Source: Rhodanobacter sp.
GTDB taxonomy: Bacteria; Pseudomonadota; Gammaproteobacteria; Xanthomonadales; Rhodanobacteraceae
Assembly: GCA_036563155.1 (NCBI GenBank)
Contig: DATCMT010000026.1
Coordinates: 7,034 to 71,033, forward strand
Length of the DNA: 64,000 nucleotides
Direction: 5' to 3'
Position numbers and translations under genes: made by a program. Below the pieces are notes generated by a model. The model ran no database searches. It was not told where the DNA came from and worked only from the letters and a program-made list of their open reading frames with translations. Positions 53,089 to 62,415 of the stretch are shown one piece after another. The stretch's first letter is position 1; each line of letters starts with the position of its first letter.

Positions 53089-53594
53089 AGCTGGCCGCGT
53101 TCGAAACCGTGGCCAAGGCGCTGGACACCGCTCAGGTGCGCTATCTGGTGGCCGGTGGCCTGGCCGTCAACGCGCACGGCTACATCCGCTTTACCGCCGA
53201 CATCGACATGGTCATCGCGCTCGACGCGGACAACATCGCCCGCGCCTTCAAGGCACTGTCGGAGATCGGCTGTACACCTTCGGTTCCCATCACCGCTGAC
53301 ATGTTTGCCAAACCGGAACAACGACACCAGTGGATGAAAGAAAAGGGCATGCAGGTGCTGAACTTTCACAGCAATGCCCATCCGGGAACCTCGGTGGACG
53401 TGTTCGTGCATGAGCCCTTCGATTTCGCGCAAGAGTACGCCGCTGCCATGCAAGGCGAACTCCTGCCAGGCATCACCGTGCGATTCGTTTCCATCCCTAC
53501 CCTGATCCGCATGAAGCAAGTCGCCGGACGCGCCCGCGACCTCGACGACATCGAGCACCTGCGTTGGTTGCAGAAGGACAGCGAACATGACTGA
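53085..53594 (+). CDS. Pol-beta-superfamily nucleotidyltransferase (DUF6036-like)
   Basis: YLVAGGLAVNAHGYIRFTADID (GG + DxD), VDVF, LIRMKQVAGRARDLDDI; GGAGG RBS; overlaps cas3 stop and cas8g start. Confidence 0.88.
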   Translation: MKLAAFETVAKALDTAQVRYLVAGGLAVNAHGYIRFTADIDMVIALDADNIARAFKALSEIGCTPSVPITADMFAKPEQRHQWMKEKGMQVLNFHSNAHPGTSVDVFVHEPFDFAQEYAAAMQGELLPGITVRFVSIPTLIRMKQVAGRARDLDDIEHLRWLQKDSEHD

Positions 53595-55974
53595 GCGCCG
53601 CGACGATATCGACTGGGAGAAAACCACCTTCGACGGCAGCCGCCGCGAGCAACTGCGCCGTGGACAGGCCATGAGCCTTCGCCAGCGGCTGGAAGCGCTG
53701 GATCAACTCACCGACTTGGCCGCCCGCATGCAAACCATGCCACGACATGGCGACTATGCCCGTCGCCGCGAAACTTCGGCCAGCGTGCACGAAGAACGGA
53801 GTCGTTATGCGGAGGGCGCCTCCATCCACACCCTGATTCTCGAAGGCTGCACGCCGACACCACTGGCAAGCTACCTGAAAGCACTCGGCATACTGCGTCT
53901 GGTCGCAGAGCAGGCCGATCCCGATACCTGCGGATACTGGATGGATGACGTGTTCACCTTGCAGACCACGCAGGATCGCGAAGCGCTGCAAGCTTTCTTT
54001 CTCGACCGGTATCAACCGACCCCTATCCTCGCGCCGTGGAATGGTGGCAGCGGATTTTACCCAGGAGACAATCAATCCGGCGTGGAGCCGGTAAGTCGCA
54101 GTGCCACACCTCGCCTTGCCACGTTGCGCGAAACCGTTGCCGCTATCAGGAAGGTGCTTGCACGATCCAACATCGAAGAAAAGCCTGACCTCGATACAAA
54201 GCTGGTGCTGCTTCGACACTTGCGTAACCACTTGGACGACAGTGCGCTGGTCTGGCTTGACGCCGCCACCTTGCTATCGGACGACAAGCCGCTGTATCCA
54301 CCTCTTTTGGGAACCGGAGGCAACGATGGGCGACTCGACTTCACCAATAACTTCCTGCAACGGCTAGTCAGCCTGATCGACTGCGATAGCGGTGAACCAA
54401 CGCTTCTGGCGAGGCAACAACTTCCAGAGAGCCTGTTCGGTGTCGCCACACCTGGGCAAGTCTCCGCTGCCATCGGCCAGTTTTCCCCCGGCGGCGCGGG
54501 TGGCCCCAACGGCACCACCGGATTCGACAGCAAATCCGGCTTCAATCCGTGGGACTTCGTCTTCATGCTGGAAGGCGCCGTACTGTTCGCGGCTGCCGCG
54601 ACCCGCCGTCTGGAATCGGGCGACACATCCGCACTCAGCTATCCGTTCACGGTGCGCACCACGGGAAGCAGCGACGGAAGCACGGCGCCGGACGACGAGA
54701 GCGCCGCGCGCGCGGAAATATGGATGCCACTGTGGGATCGTCCAACATCGCTGGATGAACTGCGGACCCTGTTGTCAGAAGGCCGCGTTACCCTGCACCG
54801 GCGCCCTGCACGCGACGGCCTAGACTTCGTGCGCGCCGTATCGCAACTGGGGGTTCAGCGCGGCATCCGTTCCTTTCAGCGCTATGGCTTCCTGATGCGA
54901 TCCGGCAAGGCGTATCTGGCCACGCCGTTGAACCGCATTCTGGTGGAACGCAATCCGGCCGCCGATCTGATCAATGAACTCGACACCCATTACTGGTTGC
55001 AACGCTTCCGCTCTCTGGCGCGGCGCAAGGAGGCCCCGGCCCGGTTACGCAGTCTGGTACGTCGCCTTGAGAGCGCCCTCTTCGATCTGTCGCGCTTTTC
55101 CGATCCACGCTTTGTGCAGCAGGTGCTGATCGTACTGGGGCAGGCGCAAGGCTATCTGGCTTCCAGCCCCGGCGCCCGCGAAAATTGCCCACCGGTTCCG
55201 CGCTTGAGCGTTGCCTGGAGCATCGCCGCCGACGATCGGAGCGCGACGTTCAGAATTTCCGCAGCACTGGCCGGCCTGCATCTGCAACCGGACGATGACG
55301 CCAAGCGGCCCTCCATGCCCATGGCCGTGCATTTCGCGCCCATCGACCCGGACGGCAGAAGCGGTTGGCCCAAGGATCCGAATTCAGCTGCCATGGTCTG
55401 GCATGCGGGCGACCTGAGCCGCAACCTCCATGCCGTCGCACAGCGACGGTTGCTGGATGCCCTGCGCGATGGCGATGTCGGCAAACCGTTCGCGCATTTT
55501 GCCACCGCACCACTGGTGCACATTGCCGAGTGGCTGGCCTCGCCCGCCATGGACACGCAAGTCGATGCCTTGCTGCGTGGCTTGGTACTGGCACGCATAC
55601 CACGCGGCTTCGCCGGCAAGGCACCTACCGCCACGCCATTGCCGGTCACCTTCGCCGCGCTGAAGCCATTGTTCTGCACCGAGCAGCAATTGCGCGATTG
55701 CGGGCTGCTGGCCACGGACCTGCGCCTTCCGCTGGAACCATCGATGCTCAAGCGCCTGTGGCTTGGCTCCGCCGACGCCATGCGGTATGCCGCCCGGCGC
55801 CTGCTCGCTGCCGGGCTGCATGTCGATACCAGCAACATCGACATGACCGCGGTTGATTCCCGCCGTTTGCTGGCAGCCCTGTTGGTTCCCATCACTAACG
55901 ACGATCTGAAACGGCTGTTGAAACCCCTGCAACCGTCCACTCGTGACAACGAACCTGAACTCGCTACCGCCTGA
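53587..55974 (+). CDS. cas8g: Cas8g (Csx17) with a 79-aa N-terminal extension
   Basis: From residue ~80: LEGCTPTPLASYLKALGILRLVAEQAD, PWNGGSGFY, LLGTGGNDGRLDFTNNF, NPWDFVFMLEGA, EIWMPLW; preceded in frame by an unrelated helical segment. Confidence 0.92.
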   Translation: MTERRDDIDWEKTTFDGSRREQLRRGQAMSLRQRLEALDQLTDLAARMQTMPRHGDYARRRETSASVHEERSRYAEGASIHTLILEGCTPTPLASYLKALGILRLVAEQADPDTCGYWMDDVFTLQTTQDREALQAFFLDRYQPTPILAPWNGGSGFYPGDNQSGVEPVSRSATPRLATLRETVAAIRKVLARSNIEEKPDLDTKLVLLRHLRNHLDDSALVWLDAATLLSDDKPLYPPLLGTGGNDGRLDFTNNFLQRLVSLIDCDSGEPTLLARQQLPESLFGVATPGQVSAAIGQFSPGGAGGPNGTTGFDSKSGFNPWDFVFMLEGAVLFAAAATRRLESGDTSALSYPFTVRTTGSSDGSTAPDDESAARAEIWMPLWDRPTSLDELRTLLSEGRVTLHRRPARDGLDFVRAVSQLGVQRGIRSFQRYGFLMRSGKAYLATPLNRILVERNPAADLINELDTHYWLQRFRSLARRKEAPARLRSLVRRLESALFDLSRFSDPRFVQQVLIVLGQAQGYLASSPGARENCPPVPRLSVAWSIAADDRSATFRISAALAGLHLQPDDDAKRPSMPMAVHFAPIDPDGRSGWPKDPNSAAMVWHAGDLSRNLHAVAQRRLLDALRDGDVGKPFAHFATAPLVHIAEWLASPAMDTQVDALLRGLVLARIPRGFAGKAPTATPLPVTFAALKPLFCTEQQLRDCGLLATDLRLPLEPSMLKRLWLGSADAMRYAARRLLAAGLHVDTSNIDMTAVDSRRLLAALLVPITNDDLKRLLKPLQPSTRDNEPELATA

Positions 55975-56994
<1,020 letters not shown>

Positions 56995-56996
56995 TC

Positions 56997-58544
56997 ATGC
57001 TGGCTATCCGTTTTCTTTTCCCCACCGGCCGGTATCACGCGACCCCGTGGGGGCGGCACGTCAACGAGGCCGATGTGGAATGGCCACCCTCGCCGTGGCG
57101 TCTGCTGCGCGCGCTGGTTGCCACCTGGCATCGCAAACTCGACCCGATCCGCTATCCCAGGATGCAACTGGCTGCGCTGATCGAACGCTTGAGCGAAGCC
57201 CTCCCGGTATACCGGTTGCCACCCGCCGTGCGCGCCCACACGCGTCATTACATGCCGGTGCGTGAAGGCAGCAAGGACAAACCGGTCCTGATCTTCGACG
57301 CCTTCGTCCATATGCAGCCGGATGCCGAACTCATCATGGCATGGCCGGACCTTGCGCTCGGCGATAGCGACGGCGAACTTCTGCACGCCCTGCTGGATGG
57401 CCTTAGTTTTCTGGGCCGCGCCGAAAGCTGGGTCGAAGCGTCGGCGCTGGATCGCTGGCAGGGCGAACCCAACTGCGTGCCGTCCGAACTGTCCATGGAC
57501 ATGCGTACCGGTGAGGCATTGGAGCCGGTGCGGGTGATCGCCCCCTTGTCGGTTAGCGCCTGGCAGTCCTGGCGCCAGAGTTTCATCGCCGGAACCGACT
57601 GGGACGCCATGACCCACAAGCCGCGCGAACAACTGCAAGCCACCTTGCCCGAGGCGCTGCTCGAGGCCATCAGTCTGGACACGGCAGACTTGCAGGCAGT
57701 CGGCTGGAGCCGGCCACCGTCAGCGCAATTCGTGACCTACCAACGATCCATGAGCTGCTTCTCGCCGAGTGCAACCATGCGTCCATCACGTCCGCCTACT
57801 TCGGCTCACAGCGTACGCCTGGCCCTGCAAGGCAAACCGCTGCCGCGCATCGAAGACGCCGTACGCATCGGTGAACTGATACGCCGCGCTGCGCTCAAGT
57901 CCGCGGACAAGCTTGGAATCCCGGTTCCACCGGTGCTTTCCGGCCACGATCTGCCTGCCGGGAATTGCCATGCCCATGCGTTCTTCCTACCGGAAGACGC
58001 CGATAACGACGGGCATATCGACCACATCCTTGTGTACGCAAGGGATGGCCTCGATGCCAACGCGATTGCCGCACTTGCCGAGGTTCATTTTCTCTGGCAA
58101 CGCGATGGCGGCAAATGGCGCATCCTGTTCGAAGGCGCCTTGCGCGGCAGCGACCCAGCCTCCCGTTACGCAGCTACAAGCCGTATCTGGGAATCGGCCA
58201 CGCCCTATCTTCACCCATGGCATGCGAAAAGTGCCTTCGGTTATGCCGAACAGATTCGCCGTGAATGCCGCCTGCGCGGCCTGTCAGAGCCGCAGGTCGA
58301 GACTCTACCAACCATCACGATCAACGGTCGGCAGCGTCGGTCAATCCATTTTTATCGGTTTCGCAACAAACGTGGCTTGCAGCAGCCGGATCGCCAAGGC
58401 TGCCTTCTGCGCCTGACTTTCCCGCACCCCGTCGCCGGTCCTCTGGCCCTGGGCTTCGGCTGCCATTTCGGGCTTGGCCTGTTCGTACCATTGTCCACTG
58501 TGGGTGCCTCGTCGCCGAACCCGGCCAATTCAGCAACAGCATAG
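56997..58544 (+). CDS. csb2: Csb2 (Cas5/Cas6 fusion)
   Basis: GRYHATPWGRHVNEADVEWPPSPWRLLRAL, LGRAESW, HAHAFFLPED, WESATPY, GPLALGFGCHFGLGLF. Confidence 0.95.
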   Translation: MLAIRFLFPTGRYHATPWGRHVNEADVEWPPSPWRLLRALVATWHRKLDPIRYPRMQLAALIERLSEALPVYRLPPAVRAHTRHYMPVREGSKDKPVLIFDAFVHMQPDAELIMAWPDLALGDSDGELLHALLDGLSFLGRAESWVEASALDRWQGEPNCVPSELSMDMRTGEALEPVRVIAPLSVSAWQSWRQSFIAGTDWDAMTHKPREQLQATLPEALLEAISLDTADLQAVGWSRPPSAQFVTYQRSMSCFSPSATMRPSRPPTSAHSVRLALQGKPLPRIEDAVRIGELIRRAALKSADKLGIPVPPVLSGHDLPAGNCHAHAFFLPEDADNDGHIDHILVYARDGLDANAIAALAEVHFLWQRDGGKWRILFEGALRGSDPASRYAATSRIWESATPYLHPWHAKSAFGYAEQIRRECRLRGLSEPQVETLPTITINGRQRRSIHFYRFRNKRGLQQPDRQGCLLRLTFPHPVAGPLALGFGCHFGLGLFVPLSTVGASSPNPANSATA

Positions 58545-58651
58545 CTACGGATTTTCCGTTACGCATATGTCACAGGGAATTTCCATAATTTCGATGCCAA
58601 TGGATCCGCCGCCACCGCCGCAACGGAGTTGCCAGTGACTACCTTCGACCC

Positions 58652-59368
58652 GTGCCACACTTGATGGGCAGTCCGTTGGACAACCCGCTCCCTTCAGGCG
58701 AACAGCGCAGCGACGCGATCCGCCTCGTCATGGATGACCGCGAATGTCGGGGCCCCATGCCTGCGGCCATCGCGGCGTGCGGTGCGTTTGCTGTGGAGGT
58801 GCGACGCCTTCCGGTAGGCGACTACTGCGTGGATGACGCGTTGCTGTTCGAACGCAAGACGCTGCTCGACCTGGCGGCCTCGATCAAGGACGGCCGGTTG
58901 TTCGATCAGGCGCTACGCCTGACCCATGCGGAACTACGCAGCGCACTGATTCTTGAAGGCAGCTCACGTGATCTGGTTACCAGCGGCATGCGCATGGAAT
59001 CCATCCGCGGCGCGCTGGTGAATGTTGCGCTGTTCATCAGCCTGCCCGTGCTGCGCACACGCGATGCGATGGATACGGCACGAACGTTGGGTTATGCCGT
59101 ACGACAGCGACGTGCGCTGGTCAACGGCGGATTGCCGCGCCACGGTTGCCGACCGAAGGGCAAGGCGGCATTGCAATCCTACGTGTTGCAGGGGCTTCCA
59201 GGCATTGGGCCGCGTCGCGCGGCGCGCCTGATCCAGCGATTCGGCAGCATCGAGGCAGCCATGGCGGCAGACATGGATGCGCTGGCCGAAGTAGACGGCA
59301 TTGGCGCACACACCGCGCGCAGGCTGCGCTGGTGTGTGGAAGAAGCGCCCGCGGCATTTGCCGTTTGA
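58652..59368 (+). CDS. XPF/ERCC4-family structure-specific nuclease with (HhH)2 domain
   Basis: DDRE, LPVGDY, FERKT..D...SIKDGRLFDQ, LILEG; two HhH motifs GLPGIGP and VDGIG. Confidence 0.92.
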   Translation: MPHLMGSPLDNPLPSGEQRSDAIRLVMDDRECRGPMPAAIAACGAFAVEVRRLPVGDYCVDDALLFERKTLLDLAASIKDGRLFDQALRLTHAELRSALILEGSSRDLVTSGMRMESIRGALVNVALFISLPVLRTRDAMDTARTLGYAVRQRRALVNGGLPRHGCRPKGKAALQSYVLQGLPGIGPRRAARLIQRFGSIEAAMAADMDALAEVDGIGAHTARRLRWCVEEAPAAFAV

Positions 59369-59411
59369 AGAAGAACACTACCGGTGAACGTGCGTTGCCC
59401 ACCACGTCATC

Positions 59412-59781
59412 TCACACCCGATACAGCACCATCACCTCAACCTTCTCCCCACCCACCTTGAAATCCCGCGTATTCCGCGTAACCAGCACCAGCCCATGCT
59501 GCACAGTCACCGCCGCCTGCAACGCATCGGGCGACTTCCAATGCTCGCTGCAATGCAGGGAGGCGGCAAGGTCAACCATCTCGCTGGTGATCGGCAGGTG
59601 CGGAAATACATCGGGCAGCTCGTGCGCCAACGGCTCGGTGCGAACGGTGAAACCGGCGAGCACTCCGGCGCGGGTGATGACGGAGATGGCGCGCCCACTG
59701 TTGTATTTGGCCAGGAAGGTGGTGGCGGCTTCGACGCTGTTGAAGTGGTCGATCAGGATGACCGAATCGAGCGGGTATCTC
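59412..59781 (-). pseudogene. Inactivated VapC/PIN toxin
   Basis: ARYPLDSVILIDHFN..ITRAGVL..KSPDALQAA..LVTRNTRDF; expected start codon reads GCG, an in-frame TGA lies just upstream, conserved Glu appears as Gly. Confidence 0.8.
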
Positions 59782-60021
59782 GCCCGCGGTCATCCCACTC
59801 ATCTCGCAGGCGGCGCTGATGGTGCAAGCCATCGCTGTGTTCCCAGATAGCGGCGGTGCGACGCAGCGCGACTTGCAAGTCAGCCCCCGGCTTTCGTGCC
59901 GGACGCGATAACCGCGCACGGCCTGCCGTACCGGTTCGGTCATCGGCGGGTTGCGCGCGTGGGCCTCGCGGTCCAGCCACGCTTTGTCGCCGGGGTCCAG
60001 ATCGATGGGTGTACGTGCCAT
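59753..60021 (-). pseudogene. Frameshifted RHH antitoxin
   Basis: MARTPIDLDPGDKAWLDREAHARNPPMTEPVRQAV, continuing in another frame after ~59885 as DLQVALRRTAAIWEHSDGLHHQRRLRDEW. Confidence 0.75.
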
Positions 60022-60137
60022 GGAGAGGGCGATATCGCACGTCGCATCGTCAGGTATCACCCTTGCCCCACCAAGTGAAACCAGAGTAAAAGCTTGACCG
60101 TTAAGGATCATCGACAGACGCAGGGGAGCGACGTCCG

Positions 60138-61856
60138 ATGGAACCGAAGCAGGGGGACTTGCAGCTGCCATTCCCGGAGCTGGGCGGCGACCAGCCGCTG
60201 ATTCCGGTGCGCATGCTCAATGAGCACGTGTATTGCCCGCGGCTGGCGTATCTGGAATGGGTGCAGGGCGAGTGGGCCGATTCCGCCGACACCGTCGATG
60301 GCCGACACCGGCACCGACGCGTTGACAAGCCTTCCGGAGACCTGCCTGCAGCTGACAAGGCGCGCGAAGAGAGCGCCGAGATCCACGCCCGTTCGGTCAC
60401 GCTGTCGTCCAACACCATCGGTCTGATCGCCAAGCTCGACCTGATCGAGGGCGAAGGCGATACCGTCACGCCAGTCGATTACAAGCGCGGCAAGCGGCCG
60501 CACACGCCACGCGGCGTGTACGATCCCGAACGCGTGCAACTGTGCGCACAAGGCCTGCTTCTGCGCGAACACGGCTATGTGTGCGACGAAGGCGCGATCT
60601 ACTACGTGGCGAGCAAGGAGCGCGTCGCCGTGCCCTTCGACGACGAGCTGATCGCACTGACCCGCAACGCGATTGCCGAGCTGCGTGCGATGGCCGCCGG
60701 CGGGCGTATTCCCGACCCGCTGGTGGACAGCCCCAAATGCCCACGCTGCTCGCTGGTGACGATCTGCCTGCCCGACGAGGTGCAATACCTGCATCGTGCC
60801 GAGCTGGCACCGCGCCCACTGGCCGTTCCGCATCACGAGGCACTACCCCTGTACATTCAGCAGTTCAACGCCAAGCTGGCAAAGAAGGGTGAAGTGCTGG
60901 AGGTCAGCAAGGATGATCAGGTGCTGGCCAAGGCCCGCATCGGCGAGGTCTCGCAGGTGGTGTTGATGGGGAATGTCTACATCACCTCGCCGTGCCTGGG
61001 CGAGCTGATGCAGCGGAACATCCCTGTCACCTGGCACAGCTATGGCGGCTGGTTCTACGGCCACACCGTCGGCAACGGCCACAAAAACGTGGAGCTGCGC
61101 ACCGCGCAGTACCGCACCAGCTTCAACGACGCCGCCTGCCTGCGCGTCGCGCGAGCGCTGGTGGCCGCAAAGATCGCCAACAGCCGCACCCAGTTGCGGC
61201 GCAACTGGAAACTCGAAAAAAAGCCGGAGCGCCTGTTGGCCGACATGAAGCGCATTCAACGGCAAAGCGAGAATGCCGAGAACCTGCAGACCCTGCTTGG
61301 CATCGAAGGCAACGCCGCCGCGCACTACTTCGAGAACTTCCGCAACACGCTCAAGCCCACGACCGTCGAAGACGAAGCGCTGCTGTCGTTCGATTTCACC
61401 CGGCGCAACCGGCGCCCACCGACCGATCCGGTCAATGCGATGCTGTCATTCGCCTATACCCTGCTGGCGCGGACGCTGACGGTGACACTGCAAGCGGTGG
61501 GTTTCGATCCGTTTCGCGGCTTCTACCACCAGCCGCGTTACGGTCGCCCCGCGCTCGCCCTGGACCTGATGGAGCCCTTCCGCCCGTTGCTTGCCGATTC
61601 GGTTGTGATCCAGGTGATCAACAACGGCGAGGTGCACCCCAGCGACTTCGTCAGCGCCGCCGGCAGCGTCAACCTCACCCCCGATGGACGCAAGCGATTC
61701 ATTGCCGCGTTCGAGCGCAGGCTCAGCCATGAGGTCACCCACCCCATGTTCGGTTATCGCCTGAGCTATCGCCGCCTGCTGGAACTGCAGGCGCGGCTGC
61801 TGGGGCGATTCCTGCTGGGCGAGCTGGACGACTACCCCAACTTCACCACCCGATGA
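60138..61856 (+). CDS. cas1: Cas4-Cas1 fusion
   Basis: Cas4: YCPRL, KLDL, DYKRG, CPRCSL..C; Cas1: GIEGNAAAHYF, NAMLSFAY, GFYH, LDLMEPFRP. Confidence 0.97.
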   Translation: MEPKQGDLQLPFPELGGDQPLIPVRMLNEHVYCPRLAYLEWVQGEWADSADTVDGRHRHRRVDKPSGDLPAADKAREESAEIHARSVTLSSNTIGLIAKLDLIEGEGDTVTPVDYKRGKRPHTPRGVYDPERVQLCAQGLLLREHGYVCDEGAIYYVASKERVAVPFDDELIALTRNAIAELRAMAAGGRIPDPLVDSPKCPRCSLVTICLPDEVQYLHRAELAPRPLAVPHHEALPLYIQQFNAKLAKKGEVLEVSKDDQVLAKARIGEVSQVVLMGNVYITSPCLGELMQRNIPVTWHSYGGWFYGHTVGNGHKNVELRTAQYRTSFNDAACLRVARALVAAKIANSRTQLRRNWKLEKKPERLLADMKRIQRQSENAENLQTLLGIEGNAAAHYFENFRNTLKPTTVEDEALLSFDFTRRNRRPPTDPVNAMLSFAYTLLARTLTVTLQAVGFDPFRGFYHQPRYGRPALALDLMEPFRPLLADSVVIQVINNGEVHPSDFVSAAGSVNLTPDGRKRFIAAFERRLSHEVTHPMFGYRLSYRRLLELQARLLGRFLLGELDDYPNFTTR

Positions 61857-61895
61857 ACGCCCATCCGAAACGCGATCGCACCCTGTGAGACGAAC

Positions 61896-62186
61896 ATGGA
61901 CGAACATCTGTACCTGGTAACCTACGATATTCGCGACGACAAGCGCTGGCGCCGCGTCTTCAAGACCATGAAGGGTTTCGGCGAATGGCTGCAACTTTCA
62001 GTATTCCAGTGCCGCATGAGCCAACGTCGGCATGCCGAGATGCTGGAACTGCTCGACGGCATCATCCTGCATCGCACCGATGCCCTGCTGATCATCGACC
62101 TCGGCCCTGCCGACAAGGTCAAACCCCGCGTGGTCAGCCTCGGTGACAAATTCGAACCCGTCGCGCGCGAGCCGATCATCGTGTGA
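61896..62186 (+). CDS. cas2: Cas2
   Basis: YLVTYDIRDDKRWRRVFK..GFG..LQLSVFQC. Confidence 0.97.
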   Translation: MDEHLYLVTYDIRDDKRWRRVFKTMKGFGEWLQLSVFQCRMSQRRHAEMLELLDGIILHRTDALLIIDLGPADKVKPRVVSLGDKFEPVAREPIIV

Positions 62187-62415
62187 CGGCCGCCCACCAT
62201 CGCCCACCCTCTTTCGCCCCTCCCACGCGAGCGCTCCGGTGACGCCGCAAAACCCGGCCACCTCTCGCATCACCATGCTCTTTGAAAATCCGATAGTTAG
62301 CCGCCACCGTTGCCACCCGGCATCGCGCGCGCTAGCCTGCCTCGCGCTTGTGCCGACCACCCCTCGCACATTCCCGTCAAACCGCCATACCGCACAAGGA
62401 CTTGCGGGAGGGGCG
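62187..62415 (+). promoter_or_regulatory. CRISPR leader
   Basis: Non-coding gap between cas2 and the first repeat, containing GCGAG..CTCGC inverted motifs. Confidence 0.7.

Noticed and set aside
60138-61856. Cas4-Cas1 fusion
   Set aside because: Standard in type I-G.
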